This document shows positions 39,784 through 48,693 of a stretch of DNA of 58,928 nucleotides, one piece after another. Positions within the stretch are counted from its first letter, which is position 1; every line of letters begins with the position of its first letter. A program made the translations under genes and the position numbers. Origin of the DNA: a virus. Lineage: Duplodnaviria > Caudoviricetes. Where the stretch lies: positions 1-58,928 of IMG/VR virus record IMGVR_UViG_3300036945_000677; one strand, 5' to 3'. The notes below the pieces were generated by a model. That model saw only the letters and a list, made by a program, of their open reading frames with translations, searched no databases and had not been told where the DNA came from.

Positions 39784-40224
39784 ATGGAAATAATTGATGA
39801 ATTAAAATTCGTTCCTGTTGAAAACGGAACAGAGTTAACCAGCCTGGAAGGTAAGTGTCCAAAATGTGACTTCAACTTTGACGCAGGTGATGTGAGAGAT
39901 GTTCTTCGCGTAGAGCTTGCTAAACGTATTGTTCAGTTTGGGTTGGACAAAGAACTCACTGAAGAGGACTTGGATGAGGCATGTGCTTTATATGGTTGGA
40001 CCAAAGAAACTCCGGTTCACTTTAGTCACATCCTTGGAATTGATATTGAGGGTGCCGAAGACGGATTGATTTTGCATCAGTGTCCTGAATGCAGTACTAC
40101 CTGGGACAGGTTTACAGGTCGTGAAGGTACTTATATGCCTAATACTCCCACCATAGAGGATGCTGTGATTTTAGATGAAGAAGTGACTGAATCTAATGAG
40201 ACTAGTACGGATGCAGAAAATTAA
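39784..40224 (+). CDS. Zinc-ribbon protein
   Basis: CPKC...CPEC; acidic tail. Confidence 0.65.
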   Translation: MEIIDELKFVPVENGTELTSLEGKCPKCDFNFDAGDVRDVLRVELAKRIVQFGLDKELTEEDLDEACALYGWTKETPVHFSHILGIDIEGAEDGLILHQCPECSTTWDRFTGREGTYMPNTPTIEDAVILDEEVTESNETSTDAEN

Positions 40225-40723
40225 GTTTGTTGATCCGGAAACAGAGTACGAGGTAATCGACCGTTTGTGCAAGGAAGTGTATGTAGCAAAACATGAGGAT
40301 TTCCATCCTGGAAATACAGTTATCTTAAACGTAAGTCCTGATTACTCTTCAACGGTTGCTATGCGTATGTCGCATGCAATGAGTGCCGATGGAGAGATTA
40401 TGGAAATGATCAACATTGATGTACCATACCCGGATGAGTTGGATGTCTTGTACAAACAAGAGTTCTTTTTAACTCTCAGACATTTGAAAAAAAGTATCAA
40501 GAAGTTTATCCTGGTAGAAGCTGCTGTATTAAGCGGTAAGAATTATACCTGGATGGTAAACATGATGCTTGATGAGGGGATTGCTCCGGAAAACATTGTT
40601 ACTACCGCTGCGTTTCAACGACATGACAGTGTGTTCTATTGTGAATACGTAGGAGAGGAGTTTAACCAGGATATGATTGAGTTCTACTGGGAGCGTTACA
40701 ACAAACATTGGGATAACGCATGA
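40211..40723 (+). CDS. Phosphoribosyltransferase-like protein
   Basis: FILVEAAVLSGKNY resembles the type I PRTase PRPP loop; likely start MQKIKF. Confidence 0.55.
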   Translation: MQKIKFVDPETEYEVIDRLCKEVYVAKHEDFHPGNTVILNVSPDYSSTVAMRMSHAMSADGEIMEMINIDVPYPDELDVLYKQEFFLTLRHLKKSIKKFILVEAAVLSGKNYTWMVNMMLDEGIAPENIVTTAAFQRHDSVFYCEYVGEEFNQDMIEFYWERYNKHWDNA

Positions 40724-41145
40724 CGACTGCTAAAACTAAACCGAAAAAGAAAATTAAAGGATTTACATGGGTGACTGCTGACATTTACAAGCAGTCGCTC
40801 TTTCTCTCCGTCGGTCAGACCGATATGCAACTAAAGAATTCACTGCTCAAACACGTTGATCCATTCCAGGAGAAGGAAGCAAATGATGTTGTAGATTATC
40901 TCAAACGCAAACATGATCGCCACAACGGGTTATTTGCTGTTGTACAGGGACTACACATCATTCGTATTTACGAAGAGGCTGATTACTTTGATCATCATTT
41001 CCATGGCGTCCTTGCGCATGAAATACTTCATGCTACATTTGAACTACTCACTGCTCGTGGAGTGACCTACTCCGAAGACAGCGAGGAAGCATTTACCTAC
41101 CTACACGACTATTACACATCTAACCTATACAAGAACATCTTATAA
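40720..41145 (+). CDS. Small HExxH metallopeptidase-like protein
   Basis: VLAHEILHA...EEAFTYL. Confidence 0.65.
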   Translation: MTTAKTKPKKKIKGFTWVTADIYKQSLFLSVGQTDMQLKNSLLKHVDPFQEKEANDVVDYLKRKHDRHNGLFAVVQGLHIIRIYEEADYFDHHFHGVLAHEILHATFELLTARGVTYSEDSEEAFTYLHDYYTSNLYKNIL

Positions 41146-41559
41146 ATGAAATTACTTTCTACCCATCCTGTAAAGAAACAGGATCTAGGCTTTCATGGTA
41201 ACCTCTTTGGAGGTACCCTCCTTGCTTGGCTGGACGCAGCTGCCGCTGCATACGCAATGGAATGCTGTCACACCAAGAACATGGTTACTATTGCAATAGA
41301 CAAATGCGTGTTTAAGAAACCTGCTAAAGAAGCGAACCTGGTAAAGATCTACGCACAGATGTCACACGTTGGAACCACCAGTGCTATTTTTGAAGTGCAG
41401 GCTAGGGTCTACAATGTATTTACTGGCGAGGAGACCATCATCCTGACTACTAACATCTCCTTTGTACGCGTTGATGACGAAGGTGGACCGATACCAATCT
41501 CTGACCAGGTACGTCGGAATTTTCAGTCATTACTTAACAAAAAGGAGGTTACTGCATGA
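41146..41559 (+). CDS. Acyl-CoA thioesterase (hotdog fold, YciA-like)
   Basis: DLGFHGNLFGGTLLAWLD...VTIAID...FVRVDDEGGPIPI. Confidence 0.9.
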   Translation: MKLLSTHPVKKQDLGFHGNLFGGTLLAWLDAAAAAYAMECCHTKNMVTIAIDKCVFKKPAKEANLVKIYAQMSHVGTTSAIFEVQARVYNVFTGEETIILTTNISFVRVDDEGGPIPISDQVRRNFQSLLNKKEVTA

Positions 41560-41954
41560 AACATGCTACATTGTACATGGATCTTGCAGATCGTATTTCT
41601 GTTGAATCCAAGTGTCTGCGACTAAACGTAGGTGCTGTAATCGTCAAAGACAAGAACATCATTGCCTTTGGTTGGAATGGTACGATTTCTGGATTTCCAA
41701 ATGAATGTGAATGTGATGGGGTTACAAAAGCTGAAGTAGTACATGCTGAAGCAAATGCTATATTTAAAGCAGCTCGCTCTACTGAGTCCACAGAGGGAGC
41801 AACACTGTTCTGCACCCATAGTTGCTGTATCGAGTGTGCCAAGATGATAATTCAGTCTGGAATTACTGAGTTCATCTATCGGACCCAATACCGAGATCAT
41901 GCTGGTCTTCTTCTCCTGGAGAGAGCTGGAATTAAAGTTACCCAACAACCCTAA
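41556..41954 (+). CDS. dCMP deaminase
   Basis: VGAVIVKD, GWNG, HAEANAI and CIEC motifs. Confidence 0.9.
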   Translation: MKHATLYMDLADRISVESKCLRLNVGAVIVKDKNIIAFGWNGTISGFPNECECDGVTKAEVVHAEANAIFKAARSTESTEGATLFCTHSCCIECAKMIIQSGITEFIYRTQYRDHAGLLLLERAGIKVTQQP

Positions 41955-41983
41955 AAATTTTATACACCCTAATGACAACTCCC

Positions 41984-42009
41984 CCCCCTGGTACCCCTGG
42001 GGGTTTTTT
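41984..42009 (+). terminator. Putative intrinsic terminator
   Basis: CCCCC/GGGGG hairpin followed by TTTTTT. Confidence 0.6.
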
Positions 42010-42268
42010 ATGTCCCCCCTATTTGACAGTCAGAATATATAGAGTGTGAGCATGCTTTTTTTGATTTTTAAATACACAGAGTGTTAGCGTGGTGGTAGCA
42101 CCTACCATTCAACTCCCCCCGTCCGCCTGCGATCGGACCTACCCCCTATGCTTTGCGGGGACTTCGTCTGGACAGAAAAACAACAAAGAACTGACTGCAC
42201 AAGACTTCGTCTTGCTTGGGTTACAAGGAGCTTGACATGCTTGGTGTTACACTATAAATCTTACAAAC

Positions 42269-42544
42269 ATGAAAACAATGATTAAATACTTCGTCAAAGG
42301 ACTACTCACTGTAGTGGTACCTGTTACATTCTGTGTTATTCTTATTATCGGCATGAGTGCGTTATGCGCGTTCGTTGATACGTTAGCTAATAAGAATGAC
42401 ATCTTCACGGATAACTTCCGCAACATGGTCGGTTGCGGATTCGTGTGGGTCGTGTGTCTTCTTGCTACATTTGGAATGACAGTAATATTCTTTGCTGAAC
42501 AATCAGACAAGCGTCAGACAAGAAGCATGCAACGACATGATTAA
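42269..42544 (+). CDS. Membrane protein (2 TM)
   Basis: 91 aa with two hydrophobic segments; followed by a hairpin at 42551-42584. Confidence 0.55.
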   Translation: MKTMIKYFVKGLLTVVVPVTFCVILIIGMSALCAFVDTLANKNDIFTDNFRNMVGCGFVWVVCLLATFGMTVIFFAEQSDKRQTRSMQRHD

Positions 42545-42669
42545 GACATTACAGCGTAGAGACTAATACTCTCTGCGCTGTTTCTTAATGATCTACTGTT
42601 CGAATGACTCCGTCATTCTCACTTTTCATAGTGCTTCACGTACTTGAACTTACACTAAAAATCAGCATT

Positions 42670-43092
42670 ATGTCTAACAAAACGTTCAAATTGAAAGCGA
42701 CTTTCGCTTACATGACTTCGACTGGCTACGCTTACACCGTATCGCCTGCTTCTAACGACAAGAAAACTGCGCAAGCGGACTTGGACTTCTTCGAAGAAAA
42801 TTACACCGAGCAGGGTAACCGAGCTCCGGGTGTTTTCTATTCGAACATGCTTCTCGAGGACGGCGAAGTCCAAACCTACGAGAACCAAGACGGCGAAATC
42901 CGCTTCGTGTTGCGTCCTTCTATGGACTTCATCCGCGAACAAGCTCACCGTCAGTTCGAGAATCGCACGAGTGCAGGACGTCGCCCAGCTGCGCGTACTA
43001 TCGTTGCGGAAACAACCGACGATGAAGCCGACTTCGACGATGCACCTGCTGCAAAAGCACCTGCAACGAAAGCTGCTGCGCCTAAAGCGTAA
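42670..43092 (+). CDS. Putative highly expressed early protein with acidic and Ala/Lys tail
   Basis: Start MSNKTFKL; strong codon bias; DDEADFDDAPAAKAPATKAAAPKA tail. Confidence 0.7.
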   Translation: MSNKTFKLKATFAYMTSTGYAYTVSPASNDKKTAQADLDFFEENYTEQGNRAPGVFYSNMLLEDGEVQTYENQDGEIRFVLRPSMDFIREQAHRQFENRTSAGRRPAARTIVAETTDDEADFDDAPAAKAPATKAAAPKA

Positions 43093-43096
43093 TCAC

Positions 43097-43132
43097 AGAG
43101 ACAGGGAGGGTAACACCTCTCTGTTTTCTTTT
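43097..43132 (+). terminator. Intrinsic terminator
   Basis: ACAGGGAGG/CCTCTCTGT hairpin followed by TTTCTTTT. Confidence 0.65.
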
Positions 43133-43144
43133 AACGGTATCCGT

Positions 43145-43492
43145 TCTCTCTATAGAGAGAGAAGACACATCGCTGATCTTTCGCTGATTCTTTTACGTTA
43201 ACAAAAGCGGTCTCGCTGCGCTCGGCATTTTTGACACGGTGCAAACTAACGTTTGCTTACCGTGATCCAGCAACGACACATCATCGCCGAATCCCGATGA
43301 TAACCGTTGTACCCGCCACCGGTCCCGTACCCGCTCCCGGACTTGCCGTTGTCACCCGCATTGCGATCCGGCATATTGACTACGTTCTCCAGGAGAGAAA
43401 CAGTTCAGTTGCAGTGCGCTTGGAATAGTTTGTCTGCTTTCTCTATAGAGAGAGAGACAAGACACTGGTGTTAGATTACTCTATAGAGAGAG
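43145..43492. repeat. Three copies of the palindrome CTCTATAGAG followed by AG repeats
   Basis: Copies at about 43148, 43441 and 43479; the first two continue into AAGACAC. Confidence 0.75.
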
Positions 43493-43995
43493 CGAATAAC
43501 CTTATGCTCGAATGCCTTCGGCATTCTCGCGTTAACATATTGCTTCACTTCCTTGAATCTAGCTTATTATAGTAACTGATCGGTACACGTTGTACCTGTT
43601 AACGCAAGAGTTATAGTGATATATAACGCGTTATTAACCCAAGTCTCAGTTAATACACCGATTGCAACTAATTGTTTGGTAATAAGTTGCGCGTGTTAGA
43701 GCGGGTGCAAGACATCACCACAACCCTTATTGATCCAATCGTCTCCAACACTAAAATGCACCAACACGTCTTTCTCGACGGTTGCATTAGATGGCTAGCA
43801 AGGTAGTTAGAGAGCAAGTACGGGTAGTAATTCCTGTATTGCAGTAGGATCATGAGTACTGACAGATGAGTACGACATTTAATTGTTTCTCTATAGTGTT
43901 TCTCTCTTAGTGTATTCTTTCTCTCTATATACTTGTTCTCTCTCTTAGGAGGAAAAAGATAGAGAACCACCGCCAGCACCCCAATAACCAGAACT

Positions 43996-44325
43996 ATGAA
44001 ACAACTAGATATACTACAAGACATGCTTGACCACCTTGCATCTGAAAAGATTACCTATGTCCTCATACCATGTAACAATCACACCACTGCTAAGTATCTC
44101 ATGAAAGCATTAGCAGAGAAAGGAATCAATTGGACTGACGGTACTGAGTTGACAGAGAATACTAATTGGGGGACATACGCAAAGGAAACTCTATATGCTA
44201 TTATCATCCGTAATCGTGAATTTTTCTTGATATGTGGTTGTATAGATAACATCGATAGTTTACACGATGCCATATACAAGTATGCAATGATAGCACCTCA
44301 TGCAATCTTTACTTCTTTAGTATGA
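43996..44325 (+). CDS. Hypothetical protein
   Basis: 109-aa ORF with an A/C-rich leader. Confidence 0.6.
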   Translation: MKQLDILQDMLDHLASEKITYVLIPCNNHTTAKYLMKALAEKGINWTDGTELTENTNWGTYAKETLYAIIIRNREFFLICGCIDNIDSLHDAIYKYAMIAPHAIFTSLV

Positions 44326-44430
44326 CGTTAAACTATTAAACATGAAAGGGTGATGACCAACATCAATCAAATCCAGGTTGTGAACATAAGCTAGTTCACG
44401 TAATACCACAACAAGGAGTAGCATCCTACA

Positions 44431-44456
44431 ACACCTGAGCATGTGTAAACTGCTCA
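44431..44456 (+). ncRNA. Compact H-type pseudoknot candidate
   Basis: ACAC/GTGT stem; loop TGAGCA pairs with downstream TGCTCA. Confidence 0.4.
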
Positions 44457-44545
44457 AGTAATGCACCATAACTCACGTGGATATATATAAAACCACACTG
44501 ATTAAAGTGTACTATGCATGTCTACTCATGTGTATAGTATCGACA

Positions 44546-44658
44546 TCCTTTAATTAGTCTCCCAAGGGTGAGCAGTTGTAGTAGGAGACTCTTACTAACA
44601 GGAAAGATATCACGAAGAGAAGGTGATCAATGCCTATTACAACTGAGTGCAAAGGGAT
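44546..44658 (+). ncRNA. Structured RNA candidate
   Basis: CAGTTGTAGTAGG/CCTATTACAACTG 13-bp stem, outer ATCCTTT/AAGGGAT, crossing AGTCTCC/GGAGACT. Confidence 0.45.
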
Positions 44659-44690
44659 TCACCTTGTACCTAATAACGAAAAGATTACTT

Positions 44691-45254
44691 ATGAATAAAC
44701 AACATTTCCACGAACTACTCGAAATGGTCTACAGAGACATGCATTCTGCCATAATAGGTGGTAGTGTAATGTTAAATCTGCGAGATCTGATTGCTCGAGC
44801 ACCCAATGACGTTGACATCATCATCCCTGAGCATCTCTCTTTTACTAAGTTCTTAATTGAACTGCCTGAAATAAATGCTGGTCATACTGGTGAGAGTACC
44901 CTTAGTAGTACCTGTACAGACGTGTTTGGTAACCGTATTCAACGCATTGCTTGTCAGTACAAAGACATCAAAATCTGTGTGTTTAAAGTACCAGTAGAAC
45001 AACTGATCTATGATACAGCGTTAGTAGAGTTAACTTACATTGACGCTATTGACGTACGCATTCAGAAACCTATGTTTGCTATTGAAGCCAAACGCCAGTA
45101 TGTCAAAGACCATTACTTGAAGAAAACCCTTTCAAATCCTTACATGTTAAAGCACATTCAAGATCTTAGGGATATTGCTTTAAGTATGGGGTTAAGTGAT
45201 GAAGATGCTCTCCTGAAAGAGTGTTTTTCTTCCTTGTACGAACCTCCATTTTAA
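44691..45254 (+). CDS. Nucleotidyltransferase-fold protein (Pol beta superfamily)
   Basis: IIGGSVML...NDVDIII (GS-DxD); likely start MNKQHF. Confidence 0.7.
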   Translation: MNKQHFHELLEMVYRDMHSAIIGGSVMLNLRDLIARAPNDVDIIIPEHLSFTKFLIELPEINAGHTGESTLSSTCTDVFGNRIQRIACQYKDIKICVFKVPVEQLIYDTALVELTYIDAIDVRIQKPMFAIEAKRQYVKDHYLKKTLSNPYMLKHIQDLRDIALSMGLSDEDALLKECFSSLYEPPF

Positions 45255-45256
45255 AT

Positions 45257-45424
45257 GACCTCAGTGGCGGAATGCTTATATACTGGTCAATCATAAGAAC
45301 CCACTATATAACTTGGTAGACGCAAAAAAACTGTAATGAGGTATGTCCGAACCTCACATTAAATAAAAAAGGGTACAACGCAGAAGTGCGGAAGAGTTAC
45401 AGGTTCAATTCCTGTATGGTCCAC
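45257..45424 (+). ncRNA. Expanded or degenerate tRNA-Leu-like element
   Basis: GTGGCGGAAT...[insert]...TGGTAGACGC D arm; ACAGG-TTCAATT-CCTGT T arm; poor acceptor stem. Confidence 0.45.
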
Positions 45425-45439
45425 TAAACCACAATTATT

Positions 45440-45748
45440 ATGCAATACACAATTCACCACCCATTTGGTGGGGTTCTCAACACGGAATGTGTGAGGGGAC
45501 AGCACGAGTATCAGGAAGTAGCGTTCGTGCATGCCAACTCTTTGAGTGAAGCCTACTTCAAATCACAAAATGATTTCAATGTTCAGTACGCTGTGTTAAA
45601 CATTCGTTCTACAAGTGTAGGTGATATCATTACAGATCCTAGTGGTAAGCATCACATGGTGAAGCCATCTGGGTATGTTGAAGTACCTGGTAGTTTACTT
45701 AATCATGTAAACTTTAGTAACCATAAAAACCGTGTTGCCAGTTTCTAA
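45440..45748 (+). CDS. Hypothetical protein (YodL-like motif)
   Basis: RSTSVGDII motif. Confidence 0.55.
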   Translation: MQYTIHHPFGGVLNTECVRGQHEYQEVAFVHANSLSEAYFKSQNDFNVQYAVLNIRSTSVGDIITDPSGKHHMVKPSGYVEVPGSLLNHVNFSNHKNRVASF

Positions 45749-45753
45749 CGATC

Positions 45754-46182
45754 ATGATAATGCACGAAATCCTTAACAAAGCTTTTGACATACTGCCTTG
45801 CATAAAGTGGTATGGTAATGCCATCGTATTCTATGATGTCGATAATCAAAATGAGATTACTAGACGTGATGTTAGTACATTGTTTGTTGAACGTAACTTT
45901 GGTGACGCTGACACTATTGTCATTTTAAAAGTCAAGAACAATGAGCTTTTCATTAAGCAAATTGTTGTACCTAAAGTTAGTCTAAGAATGCTTAAAGTTA
46001 CTCAAGAAGACTTGACTGAGTTCTTCTTCCTGGAGATAGACCCAAACATGCAGTATCATTCTCTTATCTATAAGAACACCAAAGATGCTGGTAATCTTAA
46101 CAGATATGATAATGATCAATATATTGCTGATCTTCTCCTGGAACTGGAAGTCAAACCGGAAAACGTATTTATCGAACCCTAA
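45754..46182 (+). CDS. Hypothetical protein
   Basis: 142-aa ORF in operon. Confidence 0.6.
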   Translation: MIMHEILNKAFDILPCIKWYGNAIVFYDVDNQNEITRRDVSTLFVERNFGDADTIVILKVKNNELFIKQIVVPKVSLRMLKVTQEDLTEFFFLEIDPNMQYHSLIYKNTKDAGNLNRYDNDQYIADLLLELEVKPENVFIEP

Positions 46183-46487
46183 TGTTTGATAAAGATTTAC
46201 CGGATGTAGTAATGAAACACTTCTATAAAGTCGTAAATAGCACCAATACAGATTACTATATCGCTACAGAACATCCTTTTCACAAAAGACAACTGTACTG
46301 TAAAAGAGACACAAACTTTATCGGTATCTCGTACAACAGATACAAAAAAAGCTGGTCAGTGTACAAAAACATGTACACTATCAACCAGGAATTGGATAAA
46401 CATATTTTCTATCCAATTACCAAAACTGATTTTGTTTACGAGTTCAACAAAGCACTTGTTGCTTTAAGTAATATAGAGTTTGAGTAA
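46182..46487 (+). CDS. Hypothetical protein
   Basis: 101-aa ORF with TAATG coupling. Confidence 0.6.
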   Translation: MFDKDLPDVVMKHFYKVVNSTNTDYYIATEHPFHKRQLYCKRDTNFIGISYNRYKKSWSVYKNMYTINQELDKHIFYPITKTDFVYEFNKALVALSNIEFE

Positions 46488-46521
46488 AATCAAGAGGTGA
46501 CACCTCCATAATCATGTCAAT

Positions 46522-46591
46522 TCCCCGTAAAATTTACGGAACTGAGGTCTAGCTAGTAGACGGAGGGAGTGTTCAAATCACTCACGGGGAG
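46522..46591 (+). ncRNA. tRNA-like element (no proper D arm; CTA at the anticodon position)
   Basis: TCCCCGT/ACGGGGA acceptor, GAGTG-TTCAAAT-CACTC T arm, GTCT-AGCTAGT-AGAC hairpin. Confidence 0.65.
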
Positions 46592-46607
46592 CAAACATTT
46601 TATTCGC

Positions 46608-46835
46608 ATGAAAAGTTTTAAAAGAAAAAGAAGAGCAGCAGGTGGAATACTTGCAACTTCGCAGCACACATTCCCCAACGTAGTAGCTTTAGCTGAATGG
46701 ATCAGTACTAACATCTTTGACCAACAAAAGCAAGAACGCCTCATGTTGGAAGGAGTAAGAAATCAATGTACTATCACAGTTACCATGCTAGATCGTTGTG
46801 AAAAACTTACACGTCAAACTAAACCTGTATCATGA
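46608..46835 (+). CDS. Hypothetical protein
   Basis: Likely start MKSFKRK; ATGA overlap with the next gene. Confidence 0.5.
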   Translation: MKSFKRKRRAAGGILATSQHTFPNVVALAEWISTNIFDQQKQERLMLEGVRNQCTITVTMLDRCEKLTRQTKPVS

Positions 46836-47122
46836 TTGATCCAGAGTTAGAAAAATTGCTTATCCGTGAAGGGTATTTCTCATTAAGAGAGATACCCAAT
46901 CGCGGTATTGTCGGTCTTAGTCAGTTTATATTTACTGTAGGTATTGTCTATGGACTAAATGCTACTGGTTATGAAGGACGCTATTGTTACTCACGCATGA
47001 AAGATGCAATTGAAGCTTTCAAAACCTGGGACGGTGTCAATGACCCTGACGGTCCATGGATTAAACACAAAGGTCATTTCGAATATTCAAATCCTAAATT
47101 AGATGAAACAATTATTGATTAG
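46832..47122 (+). CDS. Hypothetical protein
   Basis: 96 aa; GYEGRYCY...WDGVNDPDGPWIKHKG. Confidence 0.65.
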   Translation: MIDPELEKLLIREGYFSLREIPNRGIVGLSQFIFTVGIVYGLNATGYEGRYCYSRMKDAIEAFKTWDGVNDPDGPWIKHKGHFEYSNPKLDETIID

Positions 47123-47444
47123 TTTATTATGTTTACTGTCTTTTAACATTAAAGCACAGACAGACACGTCCTGGTCGTTTCCAATTGAGTATTGTAAAGA
47201 ACCAGGAATGCTGGTACCTACGTTTGAAGATTCTTGTATGATCGACGGACTAGGTTTTGACGGTCCTATAATCAAAGCTTACCTGTTTAAATTCAGTGAA
47301 TTTAACATGGTGATTACTTTAAAGTATGAAAAGTACGATGTCGTATATGTCATAGATGATGGATTTATCAAAGACATCATTGAAATCGGAAAAAATCATT
47401 ATTATCGTTATCCCGATGAGGAATTAAATATTGATTATGACTAG
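47103..47444 (+). CDS. Hypothetical protein with Sec signal peptide
   Basis: MKQLLISLLCLLSFNIKA-Q, a Bacteroidota-style signal followed by Gln. Confidence 0.65.
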   Translation: MKQLLISLLCLLSFNIKAQTDTSWSFPIEYCKEPGMLVPTFEDSCMIDGLGFDGPIIKAYLFKFSEFNMVITLKYEKYDVVYVIDDGFIKDIIEIGKNHYYRYPDEELNIDYD

Positions 47445-47991
47445 CAATGCTACACAACAAAAGAAGTACAAACCGTTGATCTTTACAGGTGTTATACCTG
47501 TCATTGAGAAAAACAAAAAGGTCAAGTTTATGAATGGTAACATTGTTGCCATTGGTAAGTATTGCTCTCTTTATGACAAAAATCCCGGCAGTACGTTTGA
47601 TCCTAAGCAGTACTGCGTCATGGTCATCAAGAAAATGGAAACAGATACTGAGACAAATAAACCGGTTGAAAAGACGATGCGTTTTATCACTGATCTTACC
47701 CAGGAGATGTTAACCAGTTACATCAAAGTTCAAAACCAAGCTCAATACCAAAAGACACGTCCTGCATTTGAAAGTTCATTAAAACCCGGTGACAAAGTAC
47801 ATCTGTTTTCCAAACAAGGAATTTATTCCATTGTCAGTATTTACGGTCATCCAGGATTGATGACAGCTAAACTCACTTGTAACCAATGGGTTATGCAAGA
47901 ACAACGAGGTGAAGGTAAAGCAGTACAGCAATTTTTTTTATCAGAAATCAAATGCCTTGCAGGCGGACTGCATAATGCAGTATTTAACTAA
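47437..47991 (+). CDS. Hypothetical protein
   Basis: About 184-aa ORF overlapping the upstream gene. Confidence 0.6.
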   Translation: MTSNATQQKKYKPLIFTGVIPVIEKNKKVKFMNGNIVAIGKYCSLYDKNPGSTFDPKQYCVMVIKKMETDTETNKPVEKTMRFITDLTQEMLTSYIKVQNQAQYQKTRPAFESSLKPGDKVHLFSKQGIYSIVSIYGHPGLMTAKLTCNQWVMQEQRGEGKAVQQFFLSEIKCLAGGLHNAVFN

Positions 47992-48057
47992 TATAAGGCG
48001 GTAGACTAATAATTAACCATTATAAGTTTAACGCCTTATAGTTTAACTCTAAAACTT

Positions 48058-48693
48058 ATGAAAATACATACTAAACACTTCATCACACCACAAGCAAAGT
48101 TTGACTTCAGTCGCTTCTGCTTGTTACCAACCATCAACTTTTCAGTTTACAAAACCGGAAAAGATTTTGACGAAAACACTGACAGTGAACTCACTCAGAA
48201 ACATCGATTACTTCGATTTGAGTGGTTATTTTTCTCTTGCGGATTTATTTGGATGACTGCTATGCTAGACAAACCTTTCAGAGCAGCTGATCTAAAACAT
48301 CTTAAACACAAGACTAACCTCGGATGGCGACTGTTCATTGCGTTCTCTATTATCATCGCAGGTATGGTTATCAGCTTCATTTCTAAAAATGCTCAAGATA
48401 GTCATTTTCAATATTTTACAGTTTGTCTTGCTTTAATGATGATGCTTACAGTGTCTATGGACCGTAGCGACTACTTGTTAGACGAATATAGTGACCTGGC
48501 AAGTACTGAAGACGAATCAGTTTCAAAAGCGATTGACAGGATAATTGAAATGAAGACAGAGATTATGATATTAAAGTCTAATAATCAGTTATCAGAAGAA
48601 ACAATAGCACAACTTGAAACTGAAATCATTAAACTGAAATCAAAACCTGCTCCTAAGAAAAGAGCAGTAAAAGAAACCGTGTCTAAAGCGTAA
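48058..48693 (+). CDS. Membrane protein with C-terminal coiled coil
   Basis: Two TM segments and a heptad C-terminus. Confidence 0.65.
   Translation: MKIHTKHFITPQAKFDFSRFCLLPTINFSVYKTGKDFDENTDSELTQKHRLLRFEWLFFSCGFIWMTAMLDKPFRAADLKHLKHKTNLGWRLFIAFSIIIAGMVISFISKNAQDSHFQYFTVCLALMMMLTVSMDRSDYLLDEYSDLASTEDESVSKAIDRIIEMKTEIMILKSNNQLSEETIAQLETEIIKLKSKPAPKKRAVKETVSKA

Noticed and set aside
42232-42258. Sigma70-type promoter TTGACA...TATAAA
   Set aside because: The spacer is only 15 nt, and the inferred Bacteroidota host uses a different consensus.
43850-43880. Hammerhead ribozyme (CTGACAGATGAG)
   Set aside because: The CUGANGA core is not properly formed, and there is no matching GAAA or stem set.
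43231-44024. ORFs 43231-43428 (+) and 43668-44024 (-)
   Set aside because: One has a TTG start and the other is on the opposite strand; both have atypical composition and overlap repeats, so neither is supportable as a gene.
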